NCBI GenBank assembly: GCA_038231455.1
Contig: JBBRLI010000006.1
Span: forward strand, 64,001-128,000
Direction of reading: 5' to 3'
DNA length: 64,000 nt
Source of the DNA: Vulcanimicrobiales bacterium
Lineage (GTDB): Bacteria > Vulcanimicrobiota > Vulcanimicrobiia > Vulcanimicrobiales > Vulcanimicrobiaceae
Part shown: positions 38,752 to 49,163 of the stretch, one piece after another
Layout: each line of letters begins with the position of its first letter
How positions within the stretch are numbered: position 1 is the first letter of the stretch
Notes under the pieces: model-generated
Databases searched by the model: none
What the model was told of the DNA's origin: nothing
What the model saw: the letters and a program-made list of their open reading frames with translations, nothing else
Made by a program: the position numbers and the translations under genes

Positions 38752-39315
38752 CTATGAAGCTGGAATATCTTTTGCCGCGATAATCGCTCGAGATCCGAGA
38801 ATGATCGCGCGGGCAATATCCGCTGAGGTGCACGTTGTCGAATCGTCAAGCCAGGAGACGATCGGCGCGATTGTAACGGCGGCGATTTGCACTGCGACCA
38901 AGCGTAGCGGCAATCGCGGCTTCCCGCCGCCGGTCGCGCATCGGGCTCGCAAGCCTTCTTCGATAAGTTCTGTTAAAAGCGATAGGGCCAAGGTGTTCGC
39001 TGACCCGCTCAGCAGCGCGCTGGCAAGGCGGCGTTGTTCCCACATGTGGGCGATCATACGTTCGACGGCCACGATGTCGCCGTGCACGTGCGCGTTTGCA
39101 AGAATTGCGAGTAGCGGGACGAGACTCTCCCGCAGCATGTGTTCTTTATTTTCAAACTGTTCGTAAAACGTTGAGCGTCCAACGTCGGCGAGAGCGACGA
39201 TATCGAGAACCGTGACATCATCGTATCCGCGTTCGAGCAGCAGACGATCGAAAGCGGTTATGAGCGAATTGCGCGTTCGTTCGCTTCGGCGGTCTGCTTT
39301 TGGCGGCTTAAACAT
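38752..39315 (-). CDS. TetR/AcrR family regulator
   Basis: DRRSERTR...GYDDVTVLDIVALADVGRSTFYEQFENK. Confidence 0.92.
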   Translation of the reverse strand: MFKPPKADRRSERTRNSLITAFDRLLLERGYDDVTVLDIVALADVGRSTFYEQFENKEHMLRESLVPLLAILANAHVHGDIVAVERMIAHMWEQRRLASALLSGSANTLALSLLTELIEEGLRARCATGGGKPRLPLRLVAVQIAAVTIAPIVSWLDDSTTCTSADIARAIILGSRAIIAAKDIPAS

Positions 39316-39325
39316 CGGATTTACC

Positions 39326-39351
39326 CCGGACATTACGATGAATGTGTCCGG
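39326..39351. promoter_or_regulatory. Putative TetR operator
   Basis: CCGGACA-N12-TGTCCGG between divergent tetR and membrane protein genes. Confidence 0.6.
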
Positions 39352-39438
39352 AAGCGGACAACCCATTCCTCACATTCTTGTTTCGCCGCAGAGACGCTGT
39401 TATCGTTTTCCCGAATCGCTAACGTCTGGAGACGAAGC

Positions 39439-40113
39439 ATGGAAGTATCGACCGAGCCGAGCGACGGGCTTCCGCGGGGACACGTGGCCGGGGTGGTGAT
39501 CCTCACGTGTACCGCGCTGACGCTCTTCGCAATCGCGCATCATCCGACCGTACGGCATTCCACAATCGAGACCGGGATCGTGCAGATCGTGCGACTAGCG
39601 TCGCTCGACCGTCTGGTCCATGGAGCCCTAATTACCATCACGCTAGCACTCGATTTTGCTTTCGTGGTGTTTGCGATACGTTGCGGCATCTACCGGCAGA
39701 GTGTGATCGCGGGCCTGATTGCCTACGCGGTCGGCTCCGCCGCGATTATCGGCGCGGCGCTCGTCGATGGTTTCGTCATTCCCCTGATCGCCGAGCAGTA
39801 CGTTTCGCTCTCCCGTGGGATGACGGCGGCTGCGATCATGTTTTCGTTCTGTTCCTTCGAGATCGAAGCGCTCACCCGGTTCGGTCTTATCGCGACGTCC
39901 GTGGCGATTTTTGCGTGGTCCGTCCCGTTGGCGCGTCGAGCTGGTTCACTCCGACCTGCTGGCGTTGCGGGCGTCCTTTCGGCGATTGTTTCTCTTGTGA
40001 TTTTGGCGATGACGCGCACACCGCTCGATCCGGCGACCCTGACGCTGCTTCTCGGCGCACAAGGCATTTGGAATGTAGCGGCGGCGGTCATGCTGTTACG
40101 ACGCAGTCTTTAA
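39439..40113 (+). CDS. Hypothetical multi-TM membrane protein
   Basis: About 6 hydrophobic segments; AHHP, VHGALI, DGFVIP. Confidence 0.75.
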   Translation: MEVSTEPSDGLPRGHVAGVVILTCTALTLFAIAHHPTVRHSTIETGIVQIVRLASLDRLVHGALITITLALDFAFVVFAIRCGIYRQSVIAGLIAYAVGSAAIIGAALVDGFVIPLIAEQYVSLSRGMTAAAIMFSFCSFEIEALTRFGLIATSVAIFAWSVPLARRAGSLRPAGVAGVLSAIVSLVILAMTRTPLDPATLTLLLGAQGIWNVAAAVMLLRRSL

Positions 40114-40133
40114 GTCATCGACGTCGCTTTCGG

Positions 40134-40526
40134 CTACTTGACGATTTCTTTGATGTTGGCAGTGCCGCTCTTTCCGCCGGCCATCACGTTTATTGCAAAG
40201 TCCCACTCGGTTGCATAGTTGAGCGTCGTCTGTACCGAATATGTGCCGTCGCCGTTATCCGTGGCGTTGAGTTTTGGGCCTGCCATCGACATCGTCGGCA
40301 TATCGCTTTTGATTGAGACGATCGCGTCCTTGAGTGGACTGCTGTTCGCGTCTTTGACCGTGAAGGTGATCGTCTCCGGGCCTTGCTTGGGCGGATCCGG
40401 CGAGAATTGGGTCGCGACTTTGAAGTCGCCGGCATCTTGAAACGTTGCCGTGGCGACATCGGACTTGGGCGAGCATGCTGACAAGACGCTCGCGAAGATC
40501 ACGGGGATAACGAGACGGGCATTCAT
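40134..40526 (-). CDS. YtkA/FixH-like lipoprotein
   Basis: LSAC lipobox; PDPPKQG, DMPTMSM, GDGTY. Confidence 0.75.
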   Translation of the reverse strand: MNARLVIPVIFASVLSACSPKSDVATATFQDAGDFKVATQFSPDPPKQGPETITFTVKDANSSPLKDAIVSIKSDMPTMSMAGPKLNATDNGDGTYSVQTTLNYATEWDFAINVMAGGKSGTANIKEIVK

Positions 40527-41809
40527 TCTGGTCGATCTCCTGGAGTGAGGGGAGGTGTGGTAAAATCGCCGGCGGCGTGCTGGACGGCTGATACGGCAAG
40601 ATCGTAGCGCGCAAGACTACGCACGACCGCTTCGCGCGCCGATGCAGTCACGGCGAGCGCATCGAGCGTCTCCGTTTCGATTGCCTTGCCAGCTTGCCGG
40701 CGTAAAAAAGAAAGTCGAAGCTGCTCTTCTGCATCGGTCTGGCCCGCGGTTGCCGTTGATAAATTTCGTGTCGCCGCCTCGAGCTCGCGCCACGCATCGG
40801 CGACATCGCGCTTGGTGGCGCTTCGCACTTGGTCGCGTGCAGTGACCGCTTTGTCGAAGTCGGCTTGCGCTTTCGAGCGTGTCGATTGCCGCGCCGAGCC
40901 ATCGAGCACCGGCAACGCGATCGTGAGTTGGAGTTGACTACCGCTTGGGCCGAGGTTCGGAACGGACCGCCCGTTATACGTTTGCACCGTAAGCGTCGCG
41001 TTCGGTGTGTATGCGGCGTGGGCGGATGCAATCGAACTTTGAAGCGCGCGTATCCGCTGCTCCGCGACGAGGATTCCCGGCCGTCGTGCAAGCGCACGGT
41101 CGAGCACCGCCGCGCGCGTTTGGTCAAACACGACGCGGGCAAGCGGATCGACGGAAAAATCCGTTCGGTCGAGATCGAGCACGGCGGCCAGGTCGAATGA
41201 TGCTTGATCGCGCTCCGCGCGCGCATCTTCGAGTCCTTGCCGCGCTGTCGCCAAGGCTGCCCGGCTGCGAAGGGTGGCGAATTTTGCGGACTTCCCCGCT
41301 GCGACGCGTTGCTCGGTAAGGCGAAGTTGCGCTTCTTGATCGGTGAGTGAAGCCGTCCGGCTAAGAACGATCGCATCGGCAAGTTGAATGCGGCGATAGG
41401 CGGCAATCGTCGTGAATACCGCGTCATTCGTCGATGCGTCAACACTTGCTTCGGCGGCGCGTGCATTCTGTACGGCCGCACGCGCTGCAAGCGCTGTCGC
41501 CGGTGTAAAGAGCGGGACCGAGAGCGTTGCTGCGCCGTAAGCTTGTCGCGCGATCGGTAATCCAAGTTGCGGCTCGTTCCCCGCTAACAGATTCGCGCTG
41601 ATGCCGATTTGCGGACGCAGCGTTGCAGCCGCAGCGTTGGCGTCCGCTCGGGCCGATGCCGCATCGGCACGCGCCATGCGAATGTCGAAGCCGGCGGAGC
41701 GAACGCGCGTGAGGGCCTCTTCGAGCGTAAAAGTATGCGGTGTCTGCGCTGAGAACGCCGGCAACGCGCAAACGAGAACAAAGACGCACGTGAAGGCAAT
41801 CCTACGCAT
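40523..41809 (-). CDS. TolC family outer-membrane efflux protein
   Basis: Signal peptide, TLEEAL, duplicated helical/barrel repeats; RND context. Confidence 0.88.
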   Translation of the reverse strand: MRRIAFTCVFVLVCALPAFSAQTPHTFTLEEALTRVRSAGFDIRMARADAASARADANAAAATLRPQIGISANLLAGNEPQLGLPIARQAYGAATLSVPLFTPATALAARAAVQNARAAEASVDASTNDAVFTTIAAYRRIQLADAIVLSRTASLTDQEAQLRLTEQRVAAGKSAKFATLRSRAALATARQGLEDARAERDQASFDLAAVLDLDRTDFSVDPLARVVFDQTRAAVLDRALARRPGILVAEQRIRALQSSIASAHAAYTPNATLTVQTYNGRSVPNLGPSGSQLQLTIALPVLDGSARQSTRSKAQADFDKAVTARDQVRSATKRDVADAWRELEAATRNLSTATAGQTDAEEQLRLSFLRRQAGKAIETETLDALAVTASAREAVVRSLARYDLAVSAVQHAAGDFTTPPLTPGDRPE

Positions 41810-44800
41810 GGGCACTCCGTTCATTCCGCGACCGAATCCGCAGACCCAGTTCGTCGAACCCGGCGTAGAGTACCGGCACGACAAAAAGCGTGAGGACCGT
41901 TGAGATCGACAAGCCGCCGATTATCACGGTCGCGAGCGGTGCGTATGCATCGATGCCCGTCTTCGGGAAGAACGCAACCGGAATGAGGACGACCAGGCTA
42001 ACAATCGTCGTCATGAGGATCGGTCGCAGACGTACGGGACCGGCTTGGAGGATGGCCTCGATTCGCGAGAGCCCCTTCGCGCGGTTGTGAATGATCAGAT
42101 CGAGCAGCAGAATGGCATTGCTGACCGCCATGCCATTCGCAACGACGATTCCGAGGATTGAGACCGTCGAGAGGTTTTGATGCGCGAGCATCAAGCCGCC
42201 AAAAACGCCGAGAAGTTCGAGCGGGATCGCAAGCAGCATCACGAGCGGGTGGGTAACCGAACGAAACTGCGCGACCAGTAAAAGAAACACAAAGACAATC
42301 GCGACTTTCATCGCACCCAGAAGCCGGTCGAACGATTGCGTCATCTCAGTCATGTCGCCGCGCATCGCGATCGCGTAGCCTTTCGGAAAGGTGACTTGTG
42401 CGATTGACCCCATGATCGTATCCATGTCGAGCGCCATCTCGCCACGTGCACCTTTGCGATAGTAGCCGAGAACCGCAACGCTCGGGCGAAGCCCGTCGTG
42501 TTCGATGAGCGTCGGGCCGTCGTGACGGTCGATTTGGGCAATCGTGGAGAGCGCGACACTCGTTCCGTTCTTGCCGACGATCTGAACGGCCGCAAGATCG
42601 GCGCTCGTCGCTCGATCGCTCGCGTCGTAGCGCAGCAAAATCGTGCTGTGACGGAGGTTTTGCTGATTGAAGTACTCCGTCGTGAGCCCGCCGTGCGTTG
42701 CATAGTACGCTTGCTGCGTCACCTCGTCGGGCGTAAGACCGAGTTGGGCTGCACGGGCGCGGTCGACCGTTATAACGCGCTGCGGCTGCAGCATACTTGA
42801 GGATGTCGAGACTTGCACCATACCGGGAACGCTCTTTGCGACGCCCGCGACCTGCGCGGCGAGACGCTCGACGACGGCGACGTCGGGTCCCGTGACCAGT
42901 AATTCGACAGGCGCGTCGTTACTCGCCATCACGTCGCTTCCCATTTCTTTGAGCGCCACGCGACGCAGGCCCGGGATGGTTCGCAACGTTTGTGCGTACA
43001 CCCCGTCCATGATCGACCAAATACTCCGCTTGCGCTCTTCTTTCGGCTTAAACGTTATCAAATAAGAAGCCGAATTGACGGTGCCCATTGCCGTTCCGGT
43101 GGCGTAACCACCGGCGGTCGCCTCACCGATCTCGCCCGAGACGCGCTGCACGTCCGGTTGGGCGAGCAGAATCTGCTCGAAACGTTTGGCCTTCTCCGAG
43201 GTCGCCGCAAACGACGTCCCCGCTGTCGTCTCGAAATAAGCCGATGCTTGGCCCGTATCGGCAAGCGGCATCATCTCGCTGCCGATCAGCGGCGCAAATT
43301 GGATTGCTGCGTACGTGAGAATCGCCGCAATCGCCAAGACCGCCGTTGTATTGCGTAAACTCCACTGCAGGCTCGAGCGGTAGCTCCCCTCGAGTTTGAC
43401 AAGCCCACGCCGCGTGGGTGCGAGGAGTCTGCGCACGCCGTCATCGATGCGCGAACGCCAGTGCGGTGCATGCTCACCTTCACCGTTGAAGAGATATGCC
43501 GCAAGGAGCGGCGTGAGTGTTACCGACACGATGAGCGAGGCGATAAGTGCGAAGACGATCGGCCACACGAGCCCCATAAACATGATCTGGGTGATGCCGC
43601 CGCTGAGGAGTAATGGCACGAGCGCGAGGACCATTACTCCGGTGGCAGCAGCGATTGGCAAGATCACTTCGCGTGTGCCTTCGATTGCCGCCTCGCGTGA
43701 TGTGCGACCTTCGCCGAGCTTGCGATGCACGGAGTGGATGACGACGATCGAGTCATCGACTAGCCGACCGATTGCAAGCAGCAAACCGATGAGTGTCGAG
43801 CTATTGATCGAGAGATGCATCGGGACGAACAGCAACACGGCCAGGCCCAAGCACGTCGGGATCGAGGTCATGACGATTGCCGTCGCGCTGACATCTTCGA
43901 GAAAGATCAGGAGCACGAAGCCTGCGAGCACGACGCTGACGATCAGCTCCTCGAGCATGTTGCGATTGAGGTCGGACACAAACCGTGCGTTGTCGTAAGC
44001 CGGCGTGAAGGAGAGACCGGGGTTTTCTGCTTCGATCGTTCTGAGTCGTTCGTTGACCGCTGCGATCACCTGCGGCGAACTCGCGTCGGGGTTTTCGACG
44101 ATCGAGACTTCGACGCTCTCTTTGCCGTTAAAGCGATAAGCTGCACGCTGTTCTGCTGCGCCGTCGCGAACGGCGGCGAGGTCGCGCACGAATATCGTTC
44201 GATCGCCACTCGTCATCACGGGCAAGTCCAGCACGTCTTGGGCCGAGCGGATGCGCTGATCGTCGCGGACGATCGTCTCACGGTTCTTGCCGGTGAGCGT
44301 TCCACCAGAGCGGCTGATGTTTTGCTTGTCGATGGCATCGCGAAGATCGACCATCGAGAGACCCGATGCGCCGAGCGCTGCACGATCGGCGATCACTTGC
44401 AGTTGACGTTGCAGCCCGCCGAAGGGGTACACGTTCTGCACGCCCTCGACGCCTTTCAACTCACGCACGACATCGTTTGCGATGAATTCGCGCAGGCGAA
44501 CGGGATCCCAGCCGATGCCGCTCACGGCGAGTTGCAGGACCGGCGTGTTGAGCGGGTCGACCGGTACGACGTAGGACGGTTTGAGATTCGCGCGATCGTA
44601 CGGCAGATCGCCTTCGGCTTGTTTGACGAGTTGCTGAACGTCCACGAGCGCGCGTTGCATGTCGGCGCCATAGGGAAATTGTAAGGTGACCGTTGAGAGA
44701 CCGTCTTGCGAAATCGATCGAACGAAGCGGACGCCTTTGAGGTCGGTCATGCGTTCTTCGATCGGTTTGGAAAAGTACGTCTCGGTTTCTTCTGCCGAGT

Positions 44801-44972
44801 AGCCGGGCGTCATCGTGACGACGGCGACGATCGGGCTTGGCACGTACGGCATCATACGGGTCGGAAGCAAGAAGATGACGGCTGCAATTGCCGCGATGAC
44901 GAGCGCAACGTATATCGCGATGACGGCGAACGGATTCTTGAGCGACCAGGCGGGGACGTCAAACGATTTCAC
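41802..44972 (-). CDS. RND efflux permease (AcrB/CusA superfamily)
   Basis: 1056 aa; AIGRLVDDSIVV, NAILLLD, RLRPILMTT, PLATVIIGGL. Confidence 0.95.
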   Translation of the reverse strand: MKSFDVPAWSLKNPFAVIAIYVALVIAAIAAVIFLLPTRMMPYVPSPIVAVVTMTPGYSAEETETYFSKPIEERMTDLKGVRFVRSISQDGLSTVTLQFPYGADMQRALVDVQQLVKQAEGDLPYDRANLKPSYVVPVDPLNTPVLQLAVSGIGWDPVRLREFIANDVVRELKGVEGVQNVYPFGGLQRQLQVIADRAALGASGLSMVDLRDAIDKQNISRSGGTLTGKNRETIVRDDQRIRSAQDVLDLPVMTSGDRTIFVRDLAAVRDGAAEQRAAYRFNGKESVEVSIVENPDASSPQVIAAVNERLRTIEAENPGLSFTPAYDNARFVSDLNRNMLEELIVSVVLAGFVLLIFLEDVSATAIVMTSIPTCLGLAVLLFVPMHLSINSSTLIGLLLAIGRLVDDSIVVIHSVHRKLGEGRTSREAAIEGTREVILPIAAATGVMVLALVPLLLSGGITQIMFMGLVWPIVFALIASLIVSVTLTPLLAAYLFNGEGEHAPHWRSRIDDGVRRLLAPTRRGLVKLEGSYRSSLQWSLRNTTAVLAIAAILTYAAIQFAPLIGSEMMPLADTGQASAYFETTAGTSFAATSEKAKRFEQILLAQPDVQRVSGEIGEATAGGYATGTAMGTVNSASYLITFKPKEERKRSIWSIMDGVYAQTLRTIPGLRRVALKEMGSDVMASNDAPVELLVTGPDVAVVERLAAQVAGVAKSVPGMVQVSTSSSMLQPQRVITVDRARAAQLGLTPDEVTQQAYYATHGGLTTEYFNQQNLRHSTILLRYDASDRATSADLAAVQIVGKNGTSVALSTIAQIDRHDGPTLIEHDGLRPSVAVLGYYRKGARGEMALDMDTIMGSIAQVTFPKGYAIAMRGDMTEMTQSFDRLLGAMKVAIVFVFLLLVAQFRSVTHPLVMLLAIPLELLGVFGGLMLAHQNLSTVSILGIVVANGMAVSNAILLLDLIIHNRAKGLSRIEAILQAGPVRLRPILMTTIVSLVVLIPVAFFPKTGIDAYAPLATVIIGGLSISTVLTLFVVPVLYAGFDELGLRIRSRNERSAHA

Positions 44973-46864
44973 GTGCGACTCTCGGTAATGGTCTGACCTT
45001 CTTGGAGCGTAGCGGCGCCTTCGACGACGACGCGCGCTTTCCGATCGAGGTCGCCGCTCACCGTAGCGCTACTGCCGTCATCGGAACGGACGCGCACGGG
45101 AACGCGATGCGCCGTTCCGTTAACATCCGTCCAGACCGCCGCATCGGAACCGGAGCCGATGATCGCCGCGCTCGGGACGGCGGTCGTGCCCGAAAACGCT
45201 CGGCGGCGTGCATGAATTGTCACGCGGACGAATCCGCCCGGCACGAATCCGTGCGCGCCGTTTTCCACGATTGCCTCGACGAGTGCCGTATGCGATGTCG
45301 CATCGGCGATCGGGGAGATCGACGTCACCCGACCGCGAACGAGCGTATCGTCCGCACGGCGCGCTTCGATCGGCGTCCCGACAACGATGTCCGGAAGATC
45401 TTGCTGCGCGACGTTTGCCTGGACGCGGAGCCGGCGAACGACGGCGATTCGTGCGATCGTTGTTCCCGCTTGCACGAACACACCGGGATCGACCAGTCTT
45501 TTGACGACGATCGCATCGTCGGGACTGACGACCGATGTAAATCCGGCCAAGGTCCGTTCGGTCAACGCTTGCGCCGCAGCTCGATCTGCGGCCGCGTGTG
45601 CGGCACTCGCTTGCGCGCGCATCTGCTCGACACCGGCACCCGCATCGGCTAGTTTTCTCGAAGAGACGATCACTTGTTGTTCGAGTGAGGCAACTTTTTC
45701 TGTCGCCGTGCGATACGCAGCGTCGGCAGCGGCTCGTTGGGCGCGCTCGTCTTGATAGTCTTGCATCGATACGGCGCCTTGATCGAGCAGCGACTTTTCA
45801 CGAAGGAGTTCGTTCTCCCAGTAGGAGCGGGATTCGGCCTTTGCCACGCGCTCGGACCGGGCGGCTACAAGATCGTGCGTCATCGCCGCGCGATCTGCTT
45901 GCGCGATTACCACGCCGTTTGGTGCATGGTGATTTGCCTCAACGTCTGCGGCCCGCGCAACGGCGGCTTGACTGGCGGCGTCGGCTGCCGCTGCGATTGC
46001 GCGGCTTTGCAGATCGGGCGCATCGAGTCGCGCGATCACTTGCCCCGCGCGAACGTCGTCGCCGGCATACACGGAGAAGTCGCGGAGAATACCGGGTGCA
46101 CGCGTGACGATATCTTGTATCAAGTACGGTGCAATCGAACCGGTCACATGAATGTCAGCGGATGCATCGCTTGATTGCACGGGGGCAAGCGTCACGGGAG
46201 TCGCCGCATTCCCGCTGATCGTCGACATCGCGGCCATATCCATCGCCGGTGCGGCATAGCGCGCGGAGACGAGTGCGAGAACCCCGATGAGGACCGTCGC
46301 GCCGCCGAGGATGCCAAGGGTGAGCGGTCGACGATCGCGCCGCATGACCACAAGGATGATGCCAGCGAGAAGAACGACGGCGAGGGCGATCGCTGCAACG
46401 CGCCACGCATCGGGATTTCCGGGAGATGATGACATGCTGCCCATCGCAGCCGTCGCGCCGGCGCCTTCTCCGGCAACGGCGAATCGATACGTCGCCGTGC
46501 CGGTTACGCCGCCGGAAAAGTGGACGGTAATGGCCCACGTCGTCGCCATCGCCACGGACATCCCGATTGTCCACTGCCCGGGACCCGTTTTATGAAGATC
46601 GCCGCTTGGACCATTCATCGACATCGTGGGCATCGCCGAGGAGAACGACGCGGTCGTTCGTGCGATTGCGTCGGCCGGCGCGCCGATGAGTTGGAGCGTC
46701 CCGGTGATGTGTCCCGTAGTCGGCGGATCGGGAAACAATTCGAGCGTCGCCTGCGCAGCGCCGACCGACACAACCATTGTCGATGCCATCGCAGAACTCG
46801 GCACGAGCGCGAGTACCAAAGCGAAGATCGCAACGACGAATTGGCTGGAGACAAGTCGATTCAA
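44969..46864 (-). CDS. RND membrane fusion protein with N-terminal YtkA-like domain
   Basis: RBS AAGGA plus TTG 46864; AMPTMSM domain, two TM segments, lipoyl-like GDDVRAGQVIARLD, coiled coil. Confidence 0.85.
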   Translation of the reverse strand: MNRLVSSQFVVAIFALVLALVPSSAMASTMVVSVGAAQATLELFPDPPTTGHITGTLQLIGAPADAIARTTASFSSAMPTMSMNGPSGDLHKTGPGQWTIGMSVAMATTWAITVHFSGGVTGTATYRFAVAGEGAGATAAMGSMSSSPGNPDAWRVAAIALAVVLLAGIILVVMRRDRRPLTLGILGGATVLIGVLALVSARYAAPAMDMAAMSTISGNAATPVTLAPVQSSDASADIHVTGSIAPYLIQDIVTRAPGILRDFSVYAGDDVRAGQVIARLDAPDLQSRAIAAAADAASQAAVARAADVEANHHAPNGVVIAQADRAAMTHDLVAARSERVAKAESRSYWENELLREKSLLDQGAVSMQDYQDERAQRAAADAAYRTATEKVASLEQQVIVSSRKLADAGAGVEQMRAQASAAHAAADRAAAQALTERTLAGFTSVVSPDDAIVVKRLVDPGVFVQAGTTIARIAVVRRLRVQANVAQQDLPDIVVGTPIEARRADDTLVRGRVTSISPIADATSHTALVEAIVENGAHGFVPGGFVRVTIHARRRAFSGTTAVPSAAIIGSGSDAAVWTDVNGTAHRVPVRVRSDDGSSATVSGDLDRKARVVVEGAATLQEGQTITESRT

Positions 46865-46899
46865 AGTGCTACGTTCCTTAGCAGATGCGTTCAAAAAAA

Positions 46900-47877
46900 T
46901 TACATGACCATGTGCGATGAGGCGGCATGATCGCACGGCGTCGGGTTGATGAGCGACGCTGCTGCCGGTGCGATGCCGAAGAGCATGACGGCGACGATGA
47001 TCGTCGAGACATACACGCGATTCCATGCGGACAATGCGACCGGCCGATCGCCTTGCACGAGCAAAGCGCGCAGACGTCGGCGAAAGCTGGAGTTTCCATG
47101 CAGGGCCGCCATGTTTGCTACGCGGCTGCGAGTGCAGGTAAAGGTCAACAATGCCCCGGCGAGATCTTCGGGCGATGCGTGACGCAGAGCGTGTGCGTCA
47201 GCAGCGAATTCGCGTGCGTCGCGGTAGATCGAAACGAACGCCGACGATGGCATCGGAAAAAGATCGACAAGAAAGGCGATCGCCGCTGCGACGGCTTGAT
47301 CGCCACGCCGTGCGTGACCGCGTTCGTGAAGAAGTGCCGCCGCAAGCTCCGCATCGTTCATATCGCGTAGCGTGCGCGACGAGACGATGACCGCCGGGCG
47401 GTGGACACGAGCGAGCGCGCAGAATGGCTCGTCGAGCGGTAACTCGCGCACGGAGACGGCAATCTGCAAAGCGATCTTGGCGAGTCGATCCGACGGTGCA
47501 ACGGTGATGCGCAGAAGTGCGCTCGATTCCGCCGCGCGCCGACGCGCGAGAACGGTTGCTCGGAGGAGGGAGAGGACGAGAACGGTCGCGATGATGGCGT
47601 AAAGCACGCGTCCGGCCTCAGTTTGGAAACATGCCGCATGCACGCCACCGATCAAAGCAGCGACCGCGAGCGCGAGGACGAGCGTTCCGGGAAGAATCGC
47701 CGCAATCGATGCGAGCGCCGCTTGCCAAGTCGCGTCGCCGGACATCTTACGTAGCGAACCAAGCGCGAGCCGCAATGCCGCCCACGCGGCAAGCGGAACC
47801 ACGAGGAGCGCGCAGGCGGACGAGAGCAGCACGCCGCTGCGAAAGCAGTCGGCAAAAAATAAGCCGAAGTCAGGCAC
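46900..47877 (-). CDS. M56/BlaR1-like membrane metallopeptidase
   Basis: TM segments, LLHERGH, REFAAD; follows blaI-like gene. Confidence 0.85.
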   Translation of the reverse strand: MPDFGLFFADCFRSGVLLSSACALLVVPLAAWAALRLALGSLRKMSGDATWQAALASIAAILPGTLVLALAVAALIGGVHAACFQTEAGRVLYAIIATVLVLSLLRATVLARRRAAESSALLRITVAPSDRLAKIALQIAVSVRELPLDEPFCALARVHRPAVIVSSRTLRDMNDAELAAALLHERGHARRGDQAVAAAIAFLVDLFPMPSSAFVSIYRDAREFAADAHALRHASPEDLAGALLTFTCTRSRVANMAALHGNSSFRRRLRALLVQGDRPVALSAWNRVYVSTIIVAVMLFGIAPAAASLINPTPCDHAASSHMVM

Positions 47878-48304
47878 GGCGTGCCTCGGCGCGTTTGGCG
47901 GCTAAGAGCTTGGCAAATTCTTCGTAGCTCTCATCATCGTTTGCGAGTTCGCCCGCAATATGCGCGAGGAGCGGATTGCGCTGGCTTCTATAGAGAGGGC
48001 GAAGCACGTCGCCGATCACCGATGCTTGGAACGCTTCACGCGAAATCGCCGGGATAAACAGGTTCGCTCGCCCGGCCGACTTTTTGTTCAGGTGGAGCTT
48101 ATTTACGAGATTCTGCATGATCGTCTTGACCGTCGAATAGGCGAGCGTCTTACCCTCACCGGACTTCTCGATTTCGGTCATCACATCGCTGACGGCCATC
48201 CAATCGCCATATGCCCACATGATCTCGATCACGCGAGATTCGAGTGGGCCAAGGGCGCTGGCCGTATCGTCGGCGCCACCGATGCGGATCGTACGCAAAC
48301 TCAT
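47870..48304 (-). CDS. BlaI/MecI/CopY family repressor
   Basis: LGPLESRVIEIMW, LAYSTVKTIMQNLVNK. Confidence 0.92.
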   Translation of the reverse strand: MSLRTIRIGGADDTASALGPLESRVIEIMWAYGDWMAVSDVMTEIEKSGEGKTLAYSTVKTIMQNLVNKLHLNKKSAGRANLFIPAISREAFQASVIGDVLRPLYRSQRNPLLAHIAGELANDDESYEEFAKLLAAKRAEARRA

Positions 48305-48378
48305 CTGCTAAGGACGCTAGCATATGCCTCGCAGCCGGTCAATCGGATATCATGCAGCGTACGTTCCGCAGTCCTGTA

Positions 48379-48421
48379 TTGACTTAATTGGATACAAGGC
48401 ATAGAATCGAAATATGTCGAT
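48379..48421 (+). promoter_or_regulatory. Sigma70 promoter (leaderless) with ArsR operator
   Basis: TTGACT-N17-TAGAAT-N6-ATG; inverted repeat ATCGA-N6-TCGAT at 48406-48421. Confidence 0.7.
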
Positions 48422-48746
48422 ACAACGTTGTTGCCCGCCGGCCGTCGTCGATGACTCGGATCGCTCGGAGCAGTCCAGCCTTTTTAAGGCGCTCGGAGAT
48501 CCCCATCGCCTGGCCATGCTCGCGACGCTAGCGCGGACGGATGACGAGGTCTGCGTTTGCGACTTCACCAGCGCCTTGCCCTTAGAGCAACCGACGATAT
48601 CACACCACCTCCGATTGCTTCGCGACGCACGCTTGGTTACGTCCGAGCGACGCGGTACATGGGTGTACTATCGCCTGGCAAGCGATGCGTCTGAACGCAT
48701 TGACGCCGCACTACGCTCGGTACTTCCGCAGAAAGTTCTTGCATGA
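48414..48746 (+). CDS. arsR: ArsR/SmtB arsenic-responsive repressor
   Basis: FKALGDPHRL, EVCVCD, QPTISHHL; N-terminal CC. Confidence 0.92.
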   Translation: MSIQRCCPPAVVDDSDRSEQSSLFKALGDPHRLAMLATLARTDDEVCVCDFTSALPLEQPTISHHLRLLRDARLVTSERRGTWVYYRLASDASERIDAALRSVLPQKVLA

Positions 48747-49144
48747 AGATGCATCTGAACCTCGCGACGCGCGACCTCGAAGGCAGCATCGCATTTTACT
48801 CAACGCTCTTTGCCGCCAAGCCGTCCAAGCAACTCCCCGATTACGCGCTCTTTATCACCGAGCACCCGGGACTCGAATTGGCGCTCGATCTCGACCTCGG
48901 CGCTCGAATCGGTGTCAGTGAGCATTTCGGTATCGTTGTCGATTCGCCGCACGAAGTCGATGCTCAGATCGAGCGATTGCGGAATGCCGGCTACGCAGTC
49001 GATATCGAACGTGGCGAGACGTGCTGCTATGCAAATCAAACGAAAGTTTGGGCGAGTGACCCGGAAGGGCGACGTTGGGAGACCTACTTCGTTCACGAAG
49101 AAACCGAGGCGCGCGACGACGATCAGACATCATGCTGCACCTAG
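48743..49144 (+). CDS. arsI: ArsI/CadI family VOC metalloenzyme
   Basis: HLNL, HFGI, TCCYA.Q.KVW..DPEG..WE. Confidence 0.85.
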   Translation: MKMHLNLATRDLEGSIAFYSTLFAAKPSKQLPDYALFITEHPGLELALDLDLGARIGVSEHFGIVVDSPHEVDAQIERLRNAGYAVDIERGETCCYANQTKVWASDPEGRRWETYFVHEETEARDDDQTSCCT

Positions 49145-49163
49145 GTCTCGATTTGGAGAAGGT

